A stretch of 52,646 bases of DNA, counting the filler, from Malassezia furfur (lineage: Eukaryota): assembly GCA_052055015.1 (NCBI GenBank). It is 2 parts of 2 records of this genome, joined end to end, with 100 filler letters (N's around TTAATTAATTAA, not from the genome) between each part and the next. Parts side by side here need not be neighbours in the genome. Positions count along the whole stretch, not along the records: positions 1 to 26,302 come from JBQJIT010000128.1; 1 more part is not named here. One strand, given 5' to 3'. The notes beneath the pieces were generated by a model. The model saw nothing but the letters and a program-made list of their open reading frames with translations, did not search any database and was not told the origin of the DNA. A program made the translations under genes and the position numbers. Of this stretch, positions 1 to 9,179 are shown one piece after another (position 1 is the first letter of the stretch; each line of letters begins with the position of its first letter).

Positions 1-1253
1 TCGCAGTCCTTCTTCATGCGGAAGCGGTAGTCGTTGTTGCCCAGCAGGCGCCGCAGAAACATCGCCGCGAGGTGCTGGCTCAGCCCGTGGATCAGCCACG
101 TGTCCGCCCACGTCTTCTGCACGATGTTGATGCCCACCCACTGGAACGCGACCGCGACGCTCAGCGTGTGCCGGTTCGCGAACGCCTGGTCGATCACCGA
201 CGGGGGGTGCAGCAGGTCGCTCGAGCACACCGCGAGCGTCGCCGCCGAGTGGCAGTCGACGCGCGCGCCGTCTACAAACACCATCTTGAACGAGTTGAAC
301 GGGAACGAGCCGTACTCGCCCGCGATGTACTCGATCGCCTGCCACACAAACGCCGTCGAGTGCAGCAGCTCGTGCGCGTGCTCCGGCAGGCAGAACGCGA
401 GCACCTCGACCGCGTCCGGCCGCCGCGGCGACACACGCTGCAGCACAAACGGGCCCGCACAGAACGCGAGGTGCTGCACGCTCGTCGCGACCGGCTGCGT
501 GTAGTAGAAGACAGACTTCTCGGGGTGGTGGGGGTGCACCGCGTGCTCCGTGAGCTCGCCGGAGCACACCACGACCACCTCGGTGCCGCGCGGCGCATCG
601 GCGTCGGCGTCGGCGTCCGCGTCGGCGTCCGCGTCCGCGCCGACCTCGGGCGCAGGCGCGTCGTCTGCCGTGTCGAGGCGCCGCGGCACCACAAACTCCA
701 GCTCCCACGTACATCGGTCCCACAGCGTGTCGACGCACGGCACCCAGTGCCGTGCACTGTCCGGCCCGGTGGGGCGCGTGTACAGGTGCGGCACGCGGTA
801 CGGCGCGTCGGGCGTCGGGCGCACCGTGTGGATCGCCGCGCGCGTGTCCGCGACGACGTAGTCGACGCGCACGGTGATCGCCGCAAAGCCCTCCTCGCCG
901 GTTGCGTCGGCGTGCGCCGCCGCTTCGGGGCGCACCGCGTCGGGCAGCTGCACGCGCAGCTCGCCGCCCGCGGTGTCGTTCGCGCTCGCGAACAGCGCGC
1001 GCTTCGTCTTGGCGTGGTCGTGCACGTCGTGCAGCTGCAGCGTGTCCGGCGGCGCGGCGTGGTCGAACGCGGCGTCGTGCCCGTTGCAGGCGACGCGCAG
1101 GATCTTGGCGCCGCGCGTGTTGAGGAAGATGGCGCGCAGCGCGGGCGTCGTGGGGCTCACGGTGATCTCGGTGTAGCCGGCAAGCACATCCTGGAACGAC
1201 AGCTCCAGCGCGACTTTCTGGTGCGTCAGCACAAACCCGCGGTCCTGGAGCAT
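1..1253 (-). CDS. TAF2: TFIID subunit 2 (aminopeptidase-like fold), 5' part; continues beyond the window start
   Basis: ATG at 1253 gives MLQDRGFVLTHQKVALELSFQDVLAGYTEITV...SARHWVPCVDTLWDRCTWELEFVVP...VVVCSGEL...EYGSFPFNSFKMVFV, which are Taf2 motifs. Absent from the ORF track because the frame runs off the window. Confidence 0.9.
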   Translation of the reverse strand, partial: MLQDRGFVLTHQKVALELSFQDVLAGYTEITVSPTTPALRAIFLNTRGAKILRVACNGHDAAFDHAAPPDTLQLHDVHDHAKTKRALFASANDTAGGELRVQLPDAVRPEAAAHADATGEEGFAAITVRVDYVVADTRAAIHTVRPTPDAPYRVPHLYTRPTGPDSARHWVPCVDTLWDRCTWELEFVVPRRLDTADDAPAPEVGADADADADADADADAPRGTEVVVVCSGELTEHAVHPHHPEKSVFYYTQPVATSVQHLAFCAGPFVLQRVSPRRPDAVEVLAFCLPEHAHELLHSTAFVWQAIEYIAGEYGSFPFNSFKMVFVDGARVDCHSAATLAVCSSDLLHPPSVIDQAFANRHTLSVAVAFQWVGINIVQKTWADTWLIHGLSQHLAAMFLRRLLGNNDYRFRMKKDC

Positions 1254-1271
1254 CGCGCCGACGGCGCGGAG

Positions 1272-1302
1272 GCGAAGGAGCACGTCACGTGCACTCCTTC
1301 GC
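1272..1302. promoter_or_regulatory. Dyad-symmetric bidirectional promoter element (TAF2/MED7) with GTCACGTG core
   Basis: GCGAAGGAG (1272-1280) and CTCCTTCGC (1294-1302) are perfect inverted repeats around GTCACGTG (1284-1291), within a 49-bp gap between two divergent ATGs. Confidence 0.55.
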
Positions 1303-2199
1303 ATGGCCGACGACGCGGGGGGGGAGCCGGTGGGGAACACGTCCGTGTTCCCGCCGCCGCCCGCGGTGTATGCGCAGTTCACCGAGGAAAACGTGCTGTG
1401 GCGCAGCGTGCTGCACGACGAGCTTGAGCGCGCGGGGCTCGCGCATGCGTACGCGGCCGCCGCGCCAGACGAGCGCCGCGCGATGCAGACGCAGCTCCTC
1501 ACCGACGCGTGCGCACGCGGCGCCCACGGCGCCCCAATGCCCGCGCTGCCCGACACCGACCTGCACGAGCTCGAGCCGCCCAACGTCGCGTGGATCGAGG
1601 AGGACGGGGGGTACCAGCTGTTTGGCCAGCGGTGGCCCATCCCAGAGGCCACGCCGTCGCTCGAGGCGCTCGGCATCCCGCGCATGTTCCCGAACGAGCC
1701 GTTCGACCGCAGCGAGGCGCTCGAGACGCTCCTGCGCACGCTCCTGCTCACGTATGTGCAGCTGACGAACGACCTGCTCCGCCCGATCCAGCCGTTCACC
1801 CCGCAGACGAGCGCGGCGCACGGCGACGGCGCACACGACCAGGCGGCACCGGTGGGGGGCGGCGACGCACACGGCGCCGCGCATGGCGCCGTGCAGGCCG
1901 AACCCTCGGAGGGAGCCGCACAGCGAGGGCCGCCCGAGGGCCCCGCGGAAGGCGCCGCGGCCGCCTCCACTGCGCCCGCGGAAGGCGCCGCCTCCACCGA
2001 GGCTTCGGCTTCGGCCTCGGCCTCGGCGGCGCTTGCCTGTGCAGCGTACGCCGCATCAATCTCTGCGTCCGTCGCATGCAGCTCGGCAAACGACACGTCC
2101 CATACCTCGTTCGGCAGGCGCGCTGCAAGCGCGACGAGCGTCGCGCGGCTCTCTTTCCAGATCGGCTTGAGGTTGAGCTTGAGTGTGCCCACCGTGTAG
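1303..2199 (+). CDS. MED7: Mediator subunit 7, apparently C-terminally truncated or chimeric
   Basis: SVFPPPPAVYAQFT, LEPP, YQLFGQRW, PSLEALGIPRMFP and DRSEALETLLRTLLLTYVQL are Med7 motifs. The conserved C-terminal N(M)xxLxNxxRPxQARETL helix is missing, and after about 2000 the frame is just the antisense of UTP20. Confidence 0.8.
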   Translation: MADDAGGEPVGNTSVFPPPPAVYAQFTEENVLWRSVLHDELERAGLAHAYAAAAPDERRAMQTQLLTDACARGAHGAPMPALPDTDLHELEPPNVAWIEEDGGYQLFGQRWPIPEATPSLEALGIPRMFPNEPFDRSEALETLLRTLLLTYVQLTNDLLRPIQPFTPQTSAAHGDGAHDQAAPVGGGDAHGAAHGAVQAEPSEGAAQRGPPEGPAEGAAAASTAPAEGAASTEASASASASAALACAAYAASISASVACSSANDTSHTSFGRRAASATSVARLSFQIGLRLSLSVPTV

Positions 2200-4358
2200 G
2201 TAACGAGCGCCTGGAGCTGGGTATCATTGCCACGCAGCGCCTTGAACGCCTCCCGCTGCGTCTGCCGCAGCTTGACGTTGCGCGTCGTGACGTTGGCCAC
2301 GTCGAGGGGCAGCTCTTCGGTGGCGAGCAGGTACGTAAATACGTTGAACGGCGCCGCAGCATGCACCTCGGCGAGGATCCGCAGGGCAGACTGCACTAGC
2401 ACACGGTCGGCGGCAAGCAGACGTGGGCGCAGCACGGCGAGCGCCTCGGCGGCATGCGGCAGCGCCCAGCCGTGCGCCGCTCCGTGCACAATCAGCGCAG
2501 CGAGCGGCTCCGCAACGGAGCGCACCTCCATCTCCAGGAGCTGCGAGACGGCGCTGGGCTGCCCGTCAAACAGGGGGGCTAACGCGCCGCGCACATCACC
2601 GGCCTCGGCGATGCGGATCGCACCGGTAAGCAGCGCACCAAGCACCGCAATGTCCTCAGAGTCCGTTGCATGCTTGCGTGCATCGACCGCGCGCACGAGC
2701 GCATCGACATGCGCATGGGCGTGCGTCGTGAAGAGTGGCGCAAGGCGCACGGCCGCCAGCACGCCGGCGTCCGCCTCGGTGATCTCGGCAAGACGCGCGT
2801 CAATGACATTACGTGCCTGCCGCGTCCACCGCAGGACGGTGCTCGTCGGCGGCGCGGTGTGCAAGTGTGCCAAATGCCCCTGCTCGTCGAGCTCGGCGAG
2901 AAGCAGCAGCGCTGCATCCTGCTCGGCCCGCGAGCCGGCAAGTAGCGTCGCCGTCGCCTCGAGCGCCGCAGGCAGCACAAACGCACGGAATCCGCTCCAG
3001 TGCGTCTCAGCGAGCACAACACCCTGGAAGGCAGGAAAGGTGACGTCAAAGTCGGTCGACAGACGATGGGCAAACCGCCGCAAAATGTCCGTCCCTGGCC
3101 CCGCCGAGTCTTGCACGCGGCCGAGTGGGAGAACAAGCGCGAGCAGCGTGCAGTAGGTCTCAAGCAGGCTCACCGCATCGCGCGTCCATACCAGGCGCTC
3201 GTCCAAACGGCGCAGGAGCGCAAACAGCGGCGCCTTGACGGCGTCGTCGACGCGGGTGCCTTTGCGCGTGCCGACAGCATACGTTAGCCAGACCAGCGTC
3301 ATTTCCAGCGCGTCGCGCGTCTCAGCAGCATCGGTCAACGCATCGACACGCGCCGAGGTCCAGCCGAGCAGCACTTCGAGCGCCTTTTGCATCTGGGGTG
3401 CCTTGGTGTGGTGCACGAGCGCGGTCAAGGCCTCACAACCGATACGCTGGGTACGACCGGGAAAGGTGCCGTGCTGCAGAAACGCCTCGAGAAGCTGGGG
3501 CGTACGCGAGTGCAGCGCATGCGCAGCCGAGGAACAGCTATACGCCAGCGTCGCCGCGACGCCATTCTCGAGCGCGGGACAATCTGCGTCGGCCAGCATC
3601 TGTGCAACGAGGAGCTTCAGTTTCGCCATCGGCACTTTGCGAACGAGATGCGCAAACGCCTCCGTTGCGAACCGGCGCGTATGCGCCTTTGTACGCCCCT
3701 CACGAGGGTCCAAGAACCGCTTGATGATCGCCCAGCTGTCGAGCAGCAGATTGGCATCGCTCGCACGCAGCATCAGCGTGGTTATAGCACGGAAAAGCCA
3801 TGCGGCACTGTGGAAGGCGCGCTCGACGAGCCGCGCAGCGGTCGCCTCGTCGTTCTTTGTGACATTCTTGTCCATCAGCGAGGATGCGCGCAGGAGCGCC
3901 GTGAGCAGGCGTGGGTATATAGGCAGAAACTCGGGGCCCAGATCAAATGCGAGACGGGGAATGAGATCCAGAAAGGCGTCCCAAGCGAGCCATTTTTGGT
4001 CGTCCAAGGTCAGGGACCGGTCCAACAAGTCGGCGAGCTCGTCGCGGTGGTGCAGGAGCAGCACAAGCGACTGCGACTTCGGCGAAGCTTCGGCATAAAA
4101 GGCCTGGAATGGCAGGCTCAGATTGAGCTCGCTCCATTCACGCAGCGCGACACCGAACGCGGTGCTGTTCGGATCGGTGGTCTCAGCCACATTCTTCGCA
4201 CTCGTGGCAGCAGCAAAGACGCTCGTGGGCGCATCAAGGCCAGCGACAAGAAGCCGAGAGGCGCCCCAGCTCGACTCGCTCTCGCGTGAGAGGTCGATTG
4301 AGACGTCCCGGAGGCGCTCGTGAAACGACACGTACTTGAAGCCCCCCGCTTCGCTCAT
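2000..4358 (-). CDS. UTP20: U3 snoRNP/SSU processome HEAT-repeat protein Utp20, N-terminal ~790 codons only (3' end approximate)
   Basis: ATG at 4358 gives MSEAGGFKYVSFHERLRDVSID...FGVALREWSELNLSLPFQAFYAE...SQSLVLLLHHRDEL, a Utp20 N-terminus. No stop codon; it runs into MED7 at an EAEAEAE linker. Confidence 0.8.
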
Positions 4359-4428
4359 CGTCGCCGAAGAGTGGAGTGCCAACTTTTTTTTCCTCGGCCG
4401 ATGCCATTCTGGCGCACGGTTTGCCGTC

Positions 4429-6291
4429 ATGGAAGGCTCGTATGCGGAGCGGTACCGTGAGCTCAAGCGCCGTGCCGAGCAGGAGGCCGAGGCACAGAGC
4501 GAGGAAAGCGATACATCTGAGACGGAGTCGGATGCTACCGAAGATGAGGAGGGCGAGCAGCTGACGCCGCAAGTCGATGCGGCCATTTTGCGCACCCTGC
4601 AAAAGATCCGGAGCAAAGACCCAGAGGTATACAACGCAGAGCGCCGCATCTTTGACCTGGAGCGGGAGCAGGCCTCCAAGCTTGCGCTGCCGGATGCCCC
4701 GAAGAATGCATCCAAGAAGATGACGCTGCAGGACTATCAGCGTCAGCGCCTCCAAGAGGCCATGGACACAGAGGCAGACCCCGCGCGGGCGTTTGCCGAG
4801 GCAACGACGAAGCAGCGCACCAAGGACATCGCACCGGTGCCTACGCACGACGAAGAGCAGGAATCGATTCGGAATGAGTTCCTCACCGCCGTTCCGGAGG
4901 ATGACGATGGCGAAGATTTGTTCCATGTCCGCCGCGACGACGACGCTCCCCAAGATACCTACCGCACCGCGCTCATCGGCGCCTTGGACGGCGGCGACGA
5001 GGGCAAGGTGCGTGAGCTGCTGCGCGATGCCGAACCGAAGCAAGAAGAGGGAGGACTCTCAAAGGAAAACGAAGATTTCCTCCTCAACTACGTGCTGAAC
5101 CGTGGGTGGGTCGACAAGGAGGCGCCGGGCGCCGGCAAAGATGGACGCGACTGGGACGCAGAGGCTGCCGAGCTCGAGTCTGAAGCGTCGTTTGACTCGG
5201 CGGCGGATGCGTTTGAGCATGCGTACAACTTCCGCTTCGAAGACCCGTCGCTGGCCCAGCAAAACTTTGCGATCCAGAGCTTCCCACGTCATGCGACCGA
5301 CTCGGCGCGTCGCACCGACGACCGGCGCAAGATTGCACGCCAGGAGCGTGCTGAGCGCAAGCAGCGCGAAAAGGAGGAGAAGAAGCGCAAGCTGGACCGC
5401 ATCAAGGCGGAGAAGCGCAAGTCGATTGCTGACAAGCTCAAGCAGCTCCGCGAAGTGGCGGGGGGCGACAACCAGATGGACGACGGCGCTTTTGAGGGCA
5501 TTGACCTCGAGGCCGACTTTGACCCGGACGAGCACGACCGGTTGATGCAGCAGCAATTTGGTGACTCGTACTACGAGGTAAAGGACGGCGAGAAGCCGCA
5601 CTGGGACGAGGACGACGAGCTCCAAGAAATCCTCGAGGAGAATGAGGAGGATGAGCCGCCCAAGAAGAAAAAGAAGAGCAAAAAGAGCGACGCGAACGAC
5701 ACCGACGTAATGGACGCCGACTTTATTGAAGGTCAGACGGACGCGAAGCTGTCCAAGAAGGAGCGCAAGCGCCTCAAGAAGCAGGAGAAGAAGGCTCGGA
5801 GCAAGGCTGAGCGTGCCGAGACCGACCAAGGCGTGGACGTCGACGAAATGGATGCCGAGCGTGCTGGGGGCCCCGAGAGCGAGCAGGACCGCAAAGCCAA
5901 GGCGCGGGAGCTGATGGACGAATACTACAACCTGGGCTACGAGGACATCATTGGCGATACGCCCACGCGGTTCAAGTACGCCAAGGTGCCGAAGGAAGAC
6001 TTTGGCATGAGCGCCGTCGAAATCCTGCTGGCAGATGACGCGGAGCTGAACCAGGTGGTCGGCTTGAAGCACCTGCAGCCGTACCGCCGCGGCGGGGGCA
6101 AGCCGGCGAACCTGAACAAGAAGCTGAAGCGCTTCCGCGAGCAGATGCAGGCCAAGTGGGACCAGGAGGAAGGTGCGGCTCCGGCCGAGCCACCCAAGAA
6201 GAAGCGCCTGGGCAAAAAGGAGCGCCAGAAGCTCAAGCAGCAGCAGGCTGCGCAAGACACGGAAGAGGCCCAGGAAGATGCTACGAAATAG
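4429..6291 (+). CDS. KRI1: Kri1, 40S ribosome biogenesis factor
   Basis: LTPQVDAAILRTLQKIRSKDPEVY, FLLNYVLNRGW, FEHAYNFRFED, YEDIIGDTPTRFKY and EILLADDAELNQVVGLKHLQPYR. ATG at 4429. Confidence 0.93.
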   Translation: MEGSYAERYRELKRRAEQEAEAQSEESDTSETESDATEDEEGEQLTPQVDAAILRTLQKIRSKDPEVYNAERRIFDLEREQASKLALPDAPKNASKKMTLQDYQRQRLQEAMDTEADPARAFAEATTKQRTKDIAPVPTHDEEQESIRNEFLTAVPEDDDGEDLFHVRRDDDAPQDTYRTALIGALDGGDEGKVRELLRDAEPKQEEGGLSKENEDFLLNYVLNRGWVDKEAPGAGKDGRDWDAEAAELESEASFDSAADAFEHAYNFRFEDPSLAQQNFAIQSFPRHATDSARRTDDRRKIARQERAERKQREKEEKKRKLDRIKAEKRKSIADKLKQLREVAGGDNQMDDGAFEGIDLEADFDPDEHDRLMQQQFGDSYYEVKDGEKPHWDEDDELQEILEENEEDEPPKKKKKSKKSDANDTDVMDADFIEGQTDAKLSKKERKRLKKQEKKARSKAERAETDQGVDVDEMDAERAGGPESEQDRKAKARELMDEYYNLGYEDIIGDTPTRFKYAKVPKEDFGMSAVEILLADDAELNQVVGLKHLQPYRRGGGKPANLNKKLKRFREQMQAKWDQEEGAAPAEPPKKKRLGKKERQKLKQQQAAQDTEEAQEDATK

Positions 6292-6292
6292 A

Positions 6293-7969
6293 CTAGTTGC
6301 CCCACAGGCGGTCCATCCGCTGCGAAACGGCCTCACCGGCCTTGCCCACGACGCCCTTCATCACCCAGAGGTTGTCGAGCGGGTGCAGCCCAAACTCGCC
6401 GTCGCGCCACGCCTGCCTGCCAAACTTCCACGAGTGGTAGACGAGCAGCGTCAGCGGGTCCGTCTCGTCCTCGAGATAGTACCACACGCCGAGCCAGCAC
6501 ATGAGTGCAATCAGCGCCATGAGGATCGTGATGGAGACAATCATTACGAAGGTGAACAGGACCATCCGGTTGTTCTCAGCACGGTTCTTCAGGAGCGTGT
6601 CGGCAGCCGTGGGCTGCAGGACATTCTCGCCACGCGCCAGGCGCACGTTGCGGACCGCACGCTCGTTGTCGAGCACCCAGCGCTCAAACATATGCGAGCG
6701 GATGTCGCCCTTGTTCTTCTTCGCGGCAGTCATCACGTACGACGGGAAGCGGCTCTCGCACCACGCCTCGATGCGGCCCAGCTCGACGCACCAGCGGACG
6801 TAGTTAGGGTCCTGCACAAACAGGCGGCTGTGGATCTCGCGCGCATAGTCCAGGAAAATGAAGGCCACGTCGCGGGGGTTGATCGCGAACAGGATGAGGC
6901 GCACTGCAAGCGACTTGCGGATCTTGACGTTCTTCTTCAGGACGTTGGGGTTATCAAACATGAGTGCGAGCGTCGCAATGGCCATCACCTGCGGTGTCGC
7001 ACAGAAGTTGAACACACTCTGGTCACGCAGCAAGATCATGTACTCGAGTGAGTTCGTCGCGTGGTTCACCGCATCGAGCAGCATCTCGGACAGGATGCGG
7101 CGCGCCTCGTAGCCGTCCGCATTGTCTGCCCACTTCCACTTGCCGGACCCTGGCAGCGTCTCGACGACGCCGCGTTGGATGTCGGCCTCGCGCGCAAAGA
7201 CGCCGTTCGCACCCCAGCACTGCTTGGGCCAGAACGAGCGGCCCTCGGCGACGTCCTCGGCATAGTCGCGGATGATGTTGGTCTTTTGCAGGAAGAGACC
7301 CATGTGGTTCGACAGCGTGAGCTGCATGCCAATTTCGGGACGCTCAATGTGCGTCTCAGCAAAGAGACCCGAGAGGCCCTCGCCGACCAGGCCCGCGACA
7401 AAGTGGCAGTACAGGTCGTAGTCACCAAACGTCTCCATGGTGAGGCCCTGGGGCGAATCGCCCAGCTCGATGTAGGAAGCCATGCCGGCGCCCATGCGTG
7501 CGCAGATGTCGGCAATGACGTAGCGGCAGCCATCGTTCAGCAGCTCGTACTCAGCAATGACCTTGTCGAACTCGACAAGGAGCTGACGGTCCTTTTCATT
7601 GGGGCCGCTGCCGCTGAACGTCCAGCCCGGCTCCTGGAGCTTTTTGTGGAAGTCGACGAGGAGCGGCACCTTGACCTTGGGGTCGAGCGTCATGTCATCC
7701 TCGATGGTGTCCAGACCACGAAGAACCAGGTAGAAAATGCAGATGACGCGGCTCAACTCGCCCTTCAACTCCTTGATTACCGCCGCAAAGCTGCGGCTCG
7801 TCATGTCAAGGAATTTCCAGCATTCCCGCATGCGCTCACGGTCCCAGCCGCTGGCGCCCGGGTTCCGCTTGAAATCATGCACAGGGTCGCGCCATACCTT
7901 GTACGTAACAAGAGCGCGGAATTCCTTTGGGTGGGTAATCGCCGTCAGCACTAAATCGGCGGCACCCAT
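6293..7969 (-). CDS. ERG9: Squalene synthase (farnesyl-diphosphate farnesyltransferase)
   Basis: TSRSFAAVI, FYLVLRGLDTIEDD, YCHFVAGLVGEGL, MGLFLQKTNIIRDYAED and FCATPQVMAIATL, plus a C-terminal hydrophobic anchor. ATG at 7969. Confidence 0.96.
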   Translation of the reverse strand: MGAADLVLTAITHPKEFRALVTYKVWRDPVHDFKRNPGASGWDRERMRECWKFLDMTSRSFAAVIKELKGELSRVICIFYLVLRGLDTIEDDMTLDPKVKVPLLVDFHKKLQEPGWTFSGSGPNEKDRQLLVEFDKVIAEYELLNDGCRYVIADICARMGAGMASYIELGDSPQGLTMETFGDYDLYCHFVAGLVGEGLSGLFAETHIERPEIGMQLTLSNHMGLFLQKTNIIRDYAEDVAEGRSFWPKQCWGANGVFAREADIQRGVVETLPGSGKWKWADNADGYEARRILSEMLLDAVNHATNSLEYMILLRDQSVFNFCATPQVMAIATLALMFDNPNVLKKNVKIRKSLAVRLILFAINPRDVAFIFLDYAREIHSRLFVQDPNYVRWCVELGRIEAWCESRFPSYVMTAAKKNKGDIRSHMFERWVLDNERAVRNVRLARGENVLQPTAADTLLKNRAENNRMVLFTFVMIVSITILMALIALMCWLGVWYYLEDETDPLTLLVYHSWKFGRQAWRDGEFGLHPLDNLWVMKGVVGKAGEAVSQRMDRLWGN

Positions 7970-8119
7970 GCTGGAACGACGCTTGTACGAGAGTATGCAC
8001 CGCACGCGTTCGGCGCCATTTTGCACCAGCGCATGCGTGCACGTGATTGGAGCAAAACGCTGCGCGACCGCGCAAAGTCGCAAAATTTCTGAGCGGAGAG
8101 GCGGCTTGTTCCAATTAAG

Positions 8120-8344
8120 ATGGACCCACTGTTGCAGCCGCTGCTGCGTCTGTCGACCTCGAGCAAGCCCGAGGATGTCTCGCCAGAGGAGGCCAAGGCA
8201 CAAATCGACGCATTTATGGCCGAATACAAGCTCCGCTGCGGCGCAGACACCTCAGGCAACACGGACGTCGCCGACGTTGCGAACTCGGGCGGGGTCCTCC
8301 TAAGCCAGCTGATCAACCTTCGCAACGGGCTCGACTCCGCTTGA
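8120..8344 (+). CDS. 74-aa protein, candidate RNA polymerase I subunit A14 (Rpa14/Ker1-like)
   Basis: ATG-TGA ORF divergent from ERG9 with coding-like codon usage. The pattern PLLRLSTSSKPEDVSPEEAKAQIDAF...LSQLINLRNGL resembles the two conserved A14 blocks (by-eye comparison). Confidence 0.55.
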   Translation: MDPLLQPLLRLSTSSKPEDVSPEEAKAQIDAFMAEYKLRCGADTSGNTDVADVANSGGVLLSQLINLRNGLDSA

Positions 8345-8451
8345 GCATGTCGAACTATTGTACTATACACGATGCGTATCTACAAGGCACAGACTGCCGT
8401 GCCGTAGACGCATCGCCCTGGAAGCGCAGGGCCGACGTCCTAGCAGGACCC

Positions 8452-8959
8452 TTACGTGCTAACGTCGTCCAGTTCGCATTCTTGCTCCAGCTCCTCAACC
8501 AAGTTTGCAAGCTCTTGAATATTAGTTGGATGCACATAGACACATACCTTTTTCCCAATCCGTCTCCGATGACAGCGTCGACTTGGGGTTGTATTGCTGA
8601 TCCACCTTCCTTCGCGAGAAGAATACGTCGAACCACGACAAGTCGCGATGGAACGGCACCACATCCGCTTCTGCATGAGCAGACTCCTCATTGTCCAGGC
8701 CGTAGTCCGACGGTTTCAGGCCCACTTTGACTAGCTGCCGGCAGATTTCCGGCGAACGCGCCAAGGTGGCCGAGCGGTTCATTCGAAGTTGCTCGCGCAG
8801 GTTTTGCAGCACCTCACGCTGGAGGCGGAACGATCGTGCCCCAAGCTCCCGTTCACGAATAATCAGGGTCGTATTCAGGGCAACGGAGCTGACCACCGAT
8901 AACATCAAAAATTGCGGAATCAATGCCCGCGATGTCTCGCTTCTCAGCCAGGCGTACAT
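8452..8959 (-). CDS. Hypothetical protein with an N-terminal hydrophobic helix; one intron
   Basis: Exons 8959-8548 and 8513-8452. The 34-nt intron 8514-8547 (GTATGT...CTAAT..CAAG) restores the frame ...DWEK/ELANLVEELEQECELDDVST*. Start codon uncertain. Confidence 0.6.
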
Positions 8960-9179
8960 GATGCAAGACCAAGTGGAGGTCCTCGGACCGGTGGCCCCTG
9001 CTCAACATTCCCACGGTGCAAGGCTGCTCGGGTCGCAAGCGCGGTATAGCACGGGGCAATGCGCATGATAAGATCGCCTGTCAATCCAGAAGAAAAACAA
9101 GTAGAAGTAATCATACATTGAATTATCTCCATGAAATGGTGATTATGGACTCTATATCGTAATGCGCAGATCTCCTCGT

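Noticed and set aside
595..640. Short hexamer repeats (also 2003-2026 and 29463-29502) as an array or mobile-element signature
   Set aside because: Coding microsatellites giving DA/EA dipeptide runs; no spacers, terminal repeats or transposase.
4353..4360. PAC-like motif (GCTCATCG) at UTP20/KRI1
   Set aside because: It overlaps the UTP20 start codon and is explained by coding sequence.
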